From an uncultured Planctomycetaceae bacterium (GTDB lineage: Bacteria; Planctomycetota; Planctomycetia; Planctomycetales; Planctomycetaceae), in assembly GCA_963976765.1 (NCBI GenBank), contig CAXBME010000008.1:186001-250000 (forward strand): a stretch of DNA of 64,000 nt. Direction: 5' to 3'. Below the pieces are notes generated by a model. It was given only the letters and a program-made list of their open reading frames with translations. It did no database searches and was not told the origin of the DNA. The translations under genes were made by a program, and so were the position numbers. Positions 50,553-61,200 of the stretch are shown in pieces (within the stretch, counting starts at the first letter, position 1; each line of letters opens with the position of its first letter).

Positions 50553-51337
50553 CCAGCACTGCCGATATCAATCCGTTCTACGCGGCCCGTCGCAACCGGC
50601 CTGCTGTGACTCAAAACCCACCGCACACAGTCGCTCCACTGCGTTATGCAAGACTGCCGCTGGCTCCACGGACGGCAAGTCCCGTTCCGCATCTGACGAG
50701 CCTGTATCACTTCCATCGGGCGGGTGACTACGGTGACCGGAGTTATCCCGGCAACTGCGGCGGTAATCTCATCAGGGATCTGCTGCTCTACTTTCGACCC
50801 GGACTGGTTTACGACCCGATGAGCGGCTCGGGAACCTGTGCCGATGTCTGTCGCGAGATGCAGATTCCGTGTCTGTCATTCGACATTCATCAGGGATTCG
50901 ATGCCTGCGATCCGCAAGGATTCGGCACTGACGAAGTGTTCGACTTCATCTGGGCACATCCGGCCTACTGGCGGCAGAAACTTTATGCCAACGATCCGCG
51001 TGACCTGTCGCGGTCTCCGACACTCGATCACTTTCTGCGACGGTACGCTCAGTTTATCCGCAACAGTGCCAACTCCCTGAAAGCTGGCGGCAGGCTGGCG
51101 ATTCTGATGGGCGACTATTGCGACCGCGAAGCAGGCTTCGTGCCCCTGACCTTCCACACGAAACGGCTTGCGTTCGCGGCGGGATTGCAGCAGTGCTGTA
51201 CCGACATCATTCGGTTCAGTCACGGAGCCAGCAGCTCGCGGAAAGTCTATCGCTCCTCGTTCATTCCCGGTCTGCACGACGTGTGCATGATCTTCGAGAA
51301 ACAGACTGACAGCAGCAGGGGTACGCGCCATGACTGA
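50549..51337 (+). CDS. Orphan amino (N4/N6) DNA methyltransferase
   Basis: YPGN, motif I DPMSGSGT, motif IV-like HPAY, LK.GG.LAIL.GD. Confidence 0.82.
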   Translation: MTSTADINPFYAARRNRPAVTQNPPHTVAPLRYARLPLAPRTASPVPHLTSLYHFHRAGDYGDRSYPGNCGGNLIRDLLLYFRPGLVYDPMSGSGTCADVCREMQIPCLSFDIHQGFDACDPQGFGTDEVFDFIWAHPAYWRQKLYANDPRDLSRSPTLDHFLRRYAQFIRNSANSLKAGGRLAILMGDYCDREAGFVPLTFHTKRLAFAAGLQQCCTDIIRFSHGASSSRKVYRSSFIPGLHDVCMIFEKQTDSSRGTRHD

Positions 51338-51566
51338 AGTTATCGACTCATTGCGATCGCTCCTCGCCGAGCAGAAATCCATCGCCATCGTCTGGAACAT
51401 CGAAGACGTGCAGTCCGTCCGTCCCGATCTCACCGCCGAACAATGCTGGCAGGTGCTCACCGACGTTCGCCGTAATCATGATGCCTGCGTCGGCATCAAC
51501 TGGGACGTGCTTGACTGCGTTGCATTCGAGCTGTTCGGTGCCCCGCAGCAGGAGGCTTCAGCATGA
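51330..51566 (+). CDS. Hypothetical protein
   Basis: Overlapping operon gene; W..EDV...RPDLT..Q...VL......HDA..GINW. Confidence 0.75.
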   Translation: MTEVIDSLRSLLAEQKSIAIVWNIEDVQSVRPDLTAEQCWQVLTDVRRNHDACVGINWDVLDCVAFELFGAPQQEASA

Positions 51567-51910
51567 CGACACTTATCACGCTCAGCGAAGAGCAGTTTGA
51601 AGCTCGCTTCCCCCTCATCCGCAATCACCTGAATCCCACAGCCTGCTGGGATTCTGGCGACGGATACGGATGCCTGTTTGATAACACTGGCCCAGAGCTG
51701 GACTTCATCCAGCAGGCCGACCCCCTCACCGTCTGGACCGTGGTTGATGGCGAAGACGGTGACCTGTACGTTCTCAGTGGCCGTCACTTTGTGAACCGGA
51801 TCGGCTACCTCGTCAGCACCACGGCCATTGACGCCGGTGTCCAGTTCGAGGTTCCTGTCCGCATGGCCGACGACGCGGATGTCGGGCGTTCGTCAGAGTC
51901 CAACTCATGA
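51563..51910 (+). CDS. Hypothetical protein
   Basis: GGAGG RBS, ATGA overlap; VWTVVDG...G.HFVNRIGY. Confidence 0.75.
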   Translation: MTTLITLSEEQFEARFPLIRNHLNPTACWDSGDGYGCLFDNTGPELDFIQQADPLTVWTVVDGEDGDLYVLSGRHFVNRIGYLVSTTAIDAGVQFEVPVRMADDADVGRSSESNS

Positions 51911-52101
51911 CCGAATCATTCGACGACATCCTCGATGACCTGTTCCACGGCTGTGCCTTCGCGGCCTTCGTGGAACAGGCTGCCCTCACTGGCGGGCCTC
52001 CCTGCCCGCACCTGACGCGCCGGCACGCGTACCGGCTCTATGAAGAAGCCCTCGCCGAGAGACATCACAGGGCTGACACCACCAATCCGAAGCGTCCCTG
52101 A
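51907..52101 (+). CDS. Hypothetical protein
   Basis: ATGA overlap; last gene of the cassette. Confidence 0.7.
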   Translation: MTESFDDILDDLFHGCAFAAFVEQAALTGGPPCPHLTRRHAYRLYEEALAERHHRADTTNPKRP

Positions 52102-52264
52102 CGCCGATTGCTGACCACGTTTCGTCGGTCTCCTGGCACGGTTTTGCCTGCCGCTTTCTCAGTGTGGCTGGCCGTTAAAGAGTGTTGTTCTGCTGAATCA
52201 TTTTTTCTGTCAGACGTCTCCCCTAAGCGTTGCTTAGGAAGTTTTTCACGGTGAAAACATGATT

Positions 52265-52490
52265 TCATGCAGGACGTCATTCAGGCCGTCATGCAGGACA
52301 GCCAGCCTGCAATCATGCAGGCCAGCAGGAAAGACAGCCAGCCAGACGGCTTTCTGTTAATACAACATGACAGCTTGCCAGCATGCTTTCAGGCTGGGTA
52401 GCTGGATTGAATGAAAGCTGACATGCCAGCCTGCTCGCAGGCATGACACCTTGCATGAAATACTGCTTGCCAGCCTGCAATCTTTCATGT
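52265..52490. repeat. Periodic repeat tract upstream of parA (candidate centromere/operator)
   Basis: TCATGCAGGACG TCATTCAGGCCG TCATGCAGGACA GCCAGCCTGCAA TCATGCAGGCCA...; GCCAGCCTGCAATC recurs at 52301 and 52469. Confidence 0.65.
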
Positions 52491-52504
52491 AGGCGTCTGG
52501 TTGT

Positions 52505-53188
52505 ATGATTATTGTAATTGCAAATTCCAAAGGCGGTGTCGGTAAATCGACACTCGCCGTTCACCTGGCGGCATGGCTGGCTCGCCAGGGCCACCGCGTT
52601 ACGCTGGCTGATTGTGACACGCAGCAATCTTCCTCAGAATGGATTCGCGAGGCATCACCGGAAGTGAAAGCCGTCCGCCTCGCGAATCCGGACATTATCC
52701 TCAACGAACTGCCGACACTCGGGCAGGATGCCGACTATGTCATTGCCGACGGTCCCGGCAGCCAGACGGAGACCAGCCGCGCATTACTGCTGCGGGCTGA
52801 CATGGCCATCGTTCCGTGCAAGGCCAGCATGCTGGAAGTGAGAGCACTGGCCAAAGCCACCGACGTCCTGCGTCAGGCTCAGGACATCCGTGCCGGCCAG
52901 CCGAAAGCCATCATCGTGCTGAGCATGATCGGCAAGAAATACCGGCTCACCAAAGACATGAAGGACGCGGCATCCGCACTCAATCTGCCGCTCGCCACCA
53001 CCGCCATGACACTGCGTCAGATTTATGCTGATGCGCCGGGGCAGGGAGCCACTGTCTGGGACATGGGTGCTCGTGCCCGCGAAGCCGCTGCCGAAGTTGA
53101 GCATCTCTTCCGCGAGATGCTGCCTGCCGCATGGAAGCGACGCGGCAACCAGACGACGACTACAAAACCGAAGACTACGAAGAAATAG
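52505..53188 (+). CDS. parA: ParA family ATPase (short, type Ib-like)
   Basis: [24 protein letters not shown]; no N-terminal HTH. Confidence 0.93.
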   Translation: MIIVIANSKGGVGKSTLAVHLAAWLARQGHRVTLADCDTQQSSSEWIREASPEVKAVRLANPDIILNELPTLGQDADYVIADGPGSQTETSRALLLRADMAIVPCKASMLEVRALAKATDVLRQAQDIRAGQPKAIIVLSMIGKKYRLTKDMKDAASALNLPLATTAMTLRQIYADAPGQGATVWDMGARAREAAAEVEHLFREMLPAAWKRRGNQTTTTKPKTTKK

Positions 53189-53200
53189 GGGAGGGCGAAC

Positions 53201-53503
53201 ATGGCAGAGCGACGCTCACTCATTGAAGGACTCAAAGACACCCCGCCACCCGTCGACACACGTCTGGAGAAAGATTTTGTCTACGGCGACCAGCCGAAAC
53301 CAACTCCCGAGGTGGCTCGGCCACCAGCCAGCCCGGCTCTGTCGCGGGTGCCGATCAGCACGCGGATCCGCTCTGACTTCGCTTCCGCTCTCAAGCGGGC
53401 ATCGCTCGAACGGCAATTGAGCGGAACGGAACCGAACACGTTGCAGGACATCCTCGAAGAAGCCATTGAGCCGTGGCTCAAATCCAACGGTTACAACGAC
53501 TGA
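53201..53503 (+). CDS. Ribbon-helix-helix partition adaptor (ParG-like)
   Basis: Flexible N-terminus, then RVPISTRI strand and two helices; directly follows parA. Confidence 0.65.
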   Translation: MAERRSLIEGLKDTPPPVDTRLEKDFVYGDQPKPTPEVARPPASPALSRVPISTRIRSDFASALKRASLERQLSGTEPNTLQDILEEAIEPWLKSNGYND

Positions 53504-53523
53504 TAACCATTGCCGGAGAGCTG

Positions 53524-54564
53524 TCAGCCCGGCATTCCCCTGCGTTCGTACCATTTCCGGCAGAATCCAATGAAAGCCGCGTCAGCGTCTCGGGGCGCTT
53601 CGCTGATCCAGTCACGCCATTCCCGCTCCAGGTAGTACACATCCCAGCCCGGAGCCGCCGTTCGGGCATCGTGATACGTCTCAGGATTCAGTGGCGGAAT
53701 CTGAGCGAGGGCGGGTTCTGCCAGAAGCCCGGCGGCTTCCCGGCTGCGGAAAGTCACCATGTCCGATTCCATCGAAATCGAATAGTCGGGCATGTGCTGA
53801 AACCGGAGATCCTCAGCAGCAATCTTTGAGACAAGTCGCCGAAACTCCTTCTCGGTCGAAGCCGACCCGCACTTCTTCTGCAAAACCTGCAATGAGATTT
53901 TCCACTCACTCTGCTTCCCGCAATGCTTGCGGGCAATCTCATAGATCCGCCGCTCCAGCGGCTTCCGCAGACGGAAGTAATCGCGGTGCAGTGTCAGCAC
54001 TTCCTGATTCCGGATCGCATTGAACACCCAGTCCGAGAGTTTGATTTCGATTTCCTGCATTCGCCCATCACGGGTTTCACGGACAATTCTGGCACGCTCA
54101 ATAAGTCCAAACGTCTCGAAAATCTCCTGCCCGCCGGTGACGAGGTTCGTGCTGATCCGCGTTCCAGCCAGACGCTCGAACGCGGCCTTCAACGCCTCAT
54201 AACCCTGACCATTGGTCATGCGGTTGGTGGCCTTGAGCAGGTCGTGAGCCTTGAATCTCACGACGGAAGAAACTGGTTGCCGGGCATTAATGGCTGCCAT
54301 CAACTGGCTGATACAGTAAATCAGGATGTCACGGTCATGGACAGTCGCCAGGCCATCGGCAGATGGCTTGACCTCGACAAAGACCGAACCATGTTCATAT
54401 CGGCGAATCCGATGATCCGGCTTCGTCGACAGCGAAAAGATCGGATGCTCCATGCTGGCCATGTCGCCCTTCGGAGCCAGATCCGTCAGATCGCAGACAA
54501 AGAAATCCGGCGTCGGATACCGATCAGGAAGAAGAGGAGGGCGGTCTCTGGCATGTTCAATCAT
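53524..54564 (-). CDS. repA: Plasmid replication initiator protein A
   Basis: KGDMASMEHPIFSL, GLATVHDRDILIYCISQL, RL.GT.I.TN, YFRLRKPLERRIYEIARKHCG; start trimmed to ATG 54564. Confidence 0.9.
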   Translation of the reverse strand: MIEHARDRPPLLPDRYPTPDFFVCDLTDLAPKGDMASMEHPIFSLSTKPDHRIRRYEHGSVFVEVKPSADGLATVHDRDILIYCISQLMAAINARQPVSSVVRFKAHDLLKATNRMTNGQGYEALKAAFERLAGTRISTNLVTGGQEIFETFGLIERARIVRETRDGRMQEIEIKLSDWVFNAIRNQEVLTLHRDYFRLRKPLERRIYEIARKHCGKQSEWKISLQVLQKKCGSASTEKEFRRLVSKIAAEDLRFQHMPDYSISMESDMVTFRSREAAGLLAEPALAQIPPLNPETYHDARTAAPGWDVYYLEREWRDWISEAPRDADAAFIGFCRKWYERRGMPG

Positions 54565-54577
54565 CGCCCGTCGATAC

Positions 54578-54757
54578 TTCGATAGATCACACACCAAGTC
54601 AAGCAGTTTCGATAGTTCAGCCACCGACGGTGTTGCTTCGATATTTCACACACCGCAACCGACCGCTTCGACAGTTCACACACCGCCTGAAACTTTCGAT
54701 GGTTTACACACCGTTTTTCGATGGTCTACACACCGGGTTTCGATAGTTTACACACCG
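54578..54757. repeat. Seven 19-bp iterons, consensus TTCGATAGTTYACACACCG
   Basis: Copies start at 54578, 54608, 54637, 54667, 54695, 54717, 54739. Confidence 0.92.
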
Positions 54758-54799
54758 ACCGTTCTGAATCTGCCAGCTAAATCAGCAGGTTACTGACCG

Positions 54800-54864
54800 T
54801 TATCCACAACGTAACACTCTATCTAACACAAGTATTTAACACACAATGCCAAGTCTGTGAATAA
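54800..54864. promoter_or_regulatory. oriV unwinding region with two inverted DnaA boxes
   Basis: TTATCCACA at 54800-54808 and TGTGAATAA at 54856-54864 flank an AT-rich spacer with three TAACAC repeats. Confidence 0.85.
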
Positions 54865-55223
54865 CTTGGTCCGAGACGTCCGGCCCAAAGCTCGAATCAG
54901 GGCAATCAACTTTGAACGAGAATGCCGAACACACTTCACACAAATCGCCGATCCGAACACTACACCAACCACATTGCTCGTGGCAAAGGCGGCAATGGCA
55001 TTCAGGAGAAGGTTCGAGCACGCGGAACCGACACGGTCAAAATCGAATCGTAAGCAGGGTTGGAGACGAGAAAGCATCTTCGAGCAGATATATTCCCAGG
55101 AGATCGCGTCTCGCTTCCTGATGGCATTTGTGACAGTTTTAGCGTGGTACTGGTTTATCAATCCTGGCGAGGGTTGTCGAAAAGTCGTGTCATCCCAATG
55201 CAATTGGACTGCTTGTTTGGGAT

Positions 55224-58200
55224 TCATACTGCGTCGATCCAGGCGAAGTTCTCACTGGAAAAGGATTCAAACAGGTTAAACTCTTCGTCCGTCGTCTCCC
55301 CCGAAAGTGTGTCGGTATCATCGCCTCCACCGGAAACAGTATCTGTGTCAGCATCTCCAGCCACCGAGTCAACACCGGCATCAGAACTGTCATGTGACCC
55401 ATCGACCAGATAGACGTCGTCTCCGATCAGGAAATCATTGTCATCGCCGCCTGACAGCGTATCGGCTCCAGCACCACCGACCAGCACATCGTCCCCATCG
55501 TCGCCCGTGATCGTATCGTCACCGGTATGCCCGGCAATCCTGTCATCGCCGAAACTACCGACAAGCGAGTCGTCACCTGCACCGCCGTTGATAGTGTCGT
55601 TACCGTTGCTGCCGTACAGCGAATCATCACCACGGCCACCAAGAAGGCTGTCGTTTAGCGGAGTTCCTGTCAGGCTGTCATCACCGTCTCCGCCGACAAG
55701 GGTGACAGACCCCGAGAAACTGGCTGCCGAAATTGTGTCGTCACCATCACCACCCCATAATTCGGCGCGTTCCACGGTTGTTAACGTGTCATCGCCCAGT
55801 GCTCCAGACATTGATGTATTAGTCAGTGTGATCGTGTCATTACCGCTGCCCGCAGTCTCGAACAGCACGTCAGTGCCACTCCAGCCGATGATGTAGTCGT
55901 TTCCACTGCCTCCGGAAATCGTGTCATCGCCAGCGTCTGCAGAAATTGAATCGTTTCCACCTGCGCCCAGTAGCAGGTCGTTGTTGGCTGTTCCGTTCAG
56001 CGTGTCATCACCACCGGCTCCATTCAGCGTGACGACACCTGAGAAACTTGTTGCTGTCAGTGAATCAGCACCCGATGCGCCTGTCAGACTCGCCTGCTCG
56101 ATATCGCTGTTAAGTGTGTCTGTTCCGAATCCGGATAATGACGAATCAGTAATCGCAATCGTCAGAGGCGAACTGCCGCTGCCAGTTTCGACCACAATAT
56201 CGTCGCCATCGCCTCCCGTGAGTGAATCGTTACCGCTCTGGCCAGTCAGCCGGTCATCGCCATCCCCACCATCCAGAACGTCGTTACCAGCTCCACCAAG
56301 CAATGTGTCATCACCGTCAGCACCCTGGAGTGAGTCCGCATCTCCATTACCATTCAGTGAATCATCCCACAGGCCACCATTGAGTGTATCGTTACCAGCT
56401 CCACCCTCGATTCGGTTGCGGTTACGGTCTCCAGTCAGTGTATCGGCTACGCTTCCGCCGTTGATGCGTTCGATGTCACTGATTCCAGAAGTACCTGTCG
56501 CAGTCCCATTGGCAAGATCGACTGTTACCGTTGACGTATAGTCGGAATAGTCGAGCCAGTCGGTCCCACTGCCTCCGGCGATACTTCCTGAGACTCCGAC
56601 TCCGTCACTGAAGTCAAATGTATCATTCCCATAGCCACCGATGAGATTCGCAATATAGGAAAACGTTGCTGTTCCATTTGTCCCTGAAACGGTTCCTGCA
56701 TTGCTGGCAGTAATAGCCCATGAGACAGCATCCGTTTCGTCACTTGCCCGTATTGTGTTGTCACCAGCTCCACCGTCGATTGTGTCGGTGCCGGATGAGT
56801 AAACGAATTCGTCGTCTTCATTACCGCCAGTCAGAGAGTCATTATCCGCCTGACCATTCAGCACATCGTCATCGTCTCCGCCGACGAGTGTATCGTCTCC
56901 AATTCCTCCAAGTAACGTGTCATCGCCTGTACCTCCCAGAATGGAATCGTTGCCGTCTTTTCCATTCAGGACGTTGTCCGCACTGTTACCTGTGATGGTG
57001 TCAGCCGAATTTGAGCCAATCACATTCTCGATATCACTGAAACTACCAGCTCCAGGAAGGGATGAGGTCAAGTCGATTGACTGACCTGCAGTGGCTTTTG
57101 AGTAGTCGACCCAATCGTTGCCATCGCCACCGGCCAACGATCCTTTAGCTCCTCCATCAATCTCGAACGATGGACTTGTGACTGCCATGTCAAACTTGAA
57201 GACATCGTCCCCGGAGCCACCCACCAGCGATTCTATAAAACTAACGGAACCAGCCCCGGTATGAGTGACTATGTCCGTGCCCATAGTTGCTGTGATTGTG
57301 TCTGCGTTTATTTTGAACTCGACAGACTGAGTAGCCGCAGAAAAGTCGAGAGTATCGGTCCCTTCCGACGTGACTTCAACAACCATGTCAGTACCGGGAT
57401 TGTCAGTAAATGAGTACGTGTCATTGCCATCTCCACCAATCAGCCAATCGTCTCCACTATCACCGTGAATCGTATCGTTTCCGTCTCCTCCGCTAATGCA
57501 GTCGTTACCAGCTCCACCCCAGAACTCTTCGGCGGAACTGGAACCAGTCAGTGTATCGTTACCGGAGCCACCGATGACCGCTTCGATCGTCGTCAGATTG
57601 GCATCATTCGTTCCAGTTGCAGAAGTCATTCCTAAATCAAACTCCACACCAGATTCGAAGTTTGAATAGTCCAATGTATCAGTACCAGCACCGCCGTTTA
57701 TCGTATCGTCCGTATCCGTTGAATCGAGGATCAGCCAGTCATTCCCGTTATTGCCATTCAAACTGTCATTTCCGGCTCCGCCATCGACGGTGTCATTGTC
57801 GTCTCCCCCGTCGATCGTATCGCCACCATCACCACCAATCAGCCAGTCATTTCCATCGCCGCCGGACAGGCTGTCGTTTCCTCCTCCTCCATTGAGAATG
57901 TTGTCGCCACTGTTTCCGGTGAGCGTGTCATTGCCACCACCACCGATCACGTTTTCGATAAGGGGCAGACTGCTGTCGATGAACGTCACGTATGGAGCGG
58001 ATGACGTCAAATCAACATCAACTGCTGAACTCGTGAACGCGGCATAACTCAGTGTGTCAGATCCACCCGCATCACTTGTGCCAGCCAACGTCGTTTCGTC
58101 AATGCTGATCGTCGCGTCCGTAGAAATCACGTAAGTGTCGTCGCCAGCGAGGCCGATGAGCGTGTCCGCTCCGCCATTGCCATTGAGGATATTCGCGTTT

Positions 58201-61200
58201 GCGTCTCCTGTCAGTGTGTCGGCAGCAGTTCCACCCGTGACGTTCTCGATTCCGCTGATACTGATGGATCTGGTTGCATCTGACGCAGTACCTGCTGTTA
58301 AGCTGGCGGTCACGGCAGTCGTGAAGTCAGAAAAATCAAGATGATCAACGCCCTCGCCGCCGTACATACTGCCTGGCAGAGTCGCGACATCCTTATCAAG
58401 CACAAAGGTGTCGTCGCTGCTACCTCCCTGCAGAGTCTCAATTTCTTTGAACGTCGTCACCGTGTTGATCTTGCCCTGGTTCGAGGCGGATGGCTCACCA
58501 ATGATCTCCCACGTATTCTCCTCGTCAGGAGCGATCAGCGTGTCGTTACCGCTGTTGCCAACGGCTCGATCTGTACCGGTTCCAATGTACAACAGATCGT
58601 CGTCGCTACCGCCGAGCAATGAATCGTTTCCGGCATTTCCGTAAAGCGTATCATCCCCGGCCTTCCCATTGATCACATCATTACCGGGACCACCGATCAA
58701 CACATTATCGCCACTGTCACCGGTGATTGTATCGTTCCCTGTGCCACCTGTGAGATGCTCGATATCTGAGAGACTGCCGATGCCGGTAGCTGTCTGCGTC
58801 GTATCCAGATTCAGTGCTACCTCAGTTGTCCAAGCAGCATAGCTAAGAGTGTCATCGTCCGCTCCAGAGCCACCGCCGTCGATTGAACCCGTCCAGATGT
58901 CCGGTGAGCCACCTGTGTCGTGCTCCATGATCCGGAATTCGTCGTCACCCGCTCCACCGATCAGCGATTCGATTCCGTTGAACTGAATGGTCCCATGACC
59001 ATGCAGTGTGCCTGCATCATTGTCAGTGATGGTCCACACCCAGGGGGCAGTGGTGGGTGCATTGATGATCGACAGCGAATCATTTCCGGAATCACCGTTG
59101 AAGATCAGCTGGCCTCCAGCCGGAACAGGATTACCGCCCGAGTAATCAATTCTCAGAGCACTGCCGCCACTGTCAGCATTGACCACAATCTGCATAAACG
59201 GTGTCAGCGCCCTCGTTTCAATCTCGGTACCCGTGTCGGACTCCTTAAGGCGTACCTTCGCGACGTCATTATCGAGAATCCGCACCAGCGTGATGCCGCC
59301 ATTCCAGTCGTCCATGTCCAGATCTGGCTCCCACACGTTCGCATCGGGGATCAGGTTTACAACGTACGTGCTGACCTCATTCTGGAACTCATCCCAGGTG
59401 CTGGAAAACATCAACTGAGTTCCGTCCGGTGAGGCTACGACGTGTGCCTGGTCGTCGTAATTGATCAGGCCACCCGCATGATTCGTGCGGTGCTGGACGA
59501 TGCTGACTGTTCCGTACTGGACAACGCCGGATGCGCTGCCGTACTCGCCATCCGGGTTGTCCAGATCGATCGCGATGATTTCGCCGTCGTATTTCGTGCC
59601 CGTGTTGGTGTCACCCGGCTCCCAGCCGGAATACGACACAAACACATAACCGGGATTGTCGTAGTTCGTGGCTGTCAGATGGCTGAAGCCCGCCTCGTTA
59701 TCAGGATCGGTCAGTGACTTGTAGGACGAATCGGTCAGATTCAGCCCCAGAATGGCTCCGACCAGATCGTCGGCATCGGCCCGTGTTTCGACGCCACTGG
59801 ACGGTTCCCAGTTATTCCAGTGTCCCGAGCCACTGACCAGATAGACGTCTCCACTGCGTGCCACGGCAAACGCCGGGTGATCTGCCGAGTACGGCAGATA
59901 CCCGAGTGCCAGTGCAGAATCCGGCAGACTTCCGGTGACATTGGGATCAAACTGTGCCGGTGTGCCTGTGTAACCTCCAGTCGTGCGTACGACCGGAACA
60001 TCATACGGAGTGATCACGCCGGTTTCATAATCAATCTGCAGCAAGCGACTGATCGTATATCCGCCGTTGCCATCGTTGTACGACGCCAGAAAATAGCTGC
60101 CTTCGGGTGAGAAGTAATTCCCGACACGACTGACGTTTTCCGGATCGGATCCGTAGGGGTATCCAGACTCGTCACCACTGAGTTGGAATGAGGCGGTGAT
60201 GACGGCATCATTTTCTCTGTCATCATTGTCCCAGATCGAGTCCGTCAGATTGACTATGTAGAGATACACATCACCATCGTCGGCGGTACCGACGATTGCT
60301 GTGTATTCCCGCCCGTCGCGCCACGCGATCGATTCCTTGCCGGAATAGTCCATGTCGAACGGAAGCGGCAGCGTTTCCTCAGAGGTTCCGTTGGTCGGAT
60401 CAAATCGAACGATCTCTTCGTTTGCCGTACCTGTATTGAAGCCGTATTGCAGTGCGGCCTGATCCGGATCGCGGCTCCATCGCCAGATCCCGTTATCTAC
60501 ATCCGGCTCCGGCAGTGACGCTTCGTAAGTGGAGCCATCCAGCAGAAACCGCGTTTTGCTGCCTGACTGTGGATTGATGCTTTGCAGCATGATCTGGCTG
60601 CCATCCGCACTCCACGGAGAATCGGTGACATAACGGTTCTTGACGATCCCGTCCCAGATGGTGTCAGTACCCGGTACCGCTACTGTACCGGCATCCCCGC
60701 TGATTCGCAGAATGCTGGTGCCGTAGGTCGCATCCGTCACACCGGCTTCCAGATAGCCGGGCTTTGCCACGTCAGCCGGAGCCCACTGTGGCGCGAACGG
60801 ATTCAGAACTTCCTGAATCTCTTCTAATGGATCGTTCTCCGGATCCTCATCGACGAATTCGCGATCCGTAATAATATCCGTCTGGTCGCTCACGGTGTTC
60901 CACGAATCCGTGATGCCGTCATAGATCTGCTCGTCGGACACGATGAACCAGTCGAGTTCGTCGGGATCAGTGCCACCTGTCAGCACATTGACCGCGTAGT
61001 CATCGGACACCGTGGCATCCTGAGCGGTGCCATCCGCAGCAAACCGGCTGGCCTGCAGGAACTGGTTTTGCGTCGAATCTTCAAGTGCAGCGATCCCGGC
61101 GGCGTACGACCCGGCGCCGGCCCAGGTTGTCACGAGGTTGCCGAGAGCACCGGTCGAATAACTCCTCAGCTCCGCACCAATCAGAATGTCAGCGTCGACA

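Noticed and set aside
52243..52258. Canonical parS for the orphan ParB
   Set aside because: It has an extra central base relative to TGTTTCACGTGAAACA and is a single copy; kept only as an unexplained palindrome.
54578..54757. Direct repeats as a CRISPR array
   Set aside because: Repeats are 19 bp with 3-11 bp gaps, there are no cas genes, and they sit beside repA and DnaA boxes: iterons.
54823..55279. 134-aa and 140-aa ORFs between oriV and the RTX gene
   Set aside because: They overlap the origin and each other, with no recognisable motifs or clear RBS.
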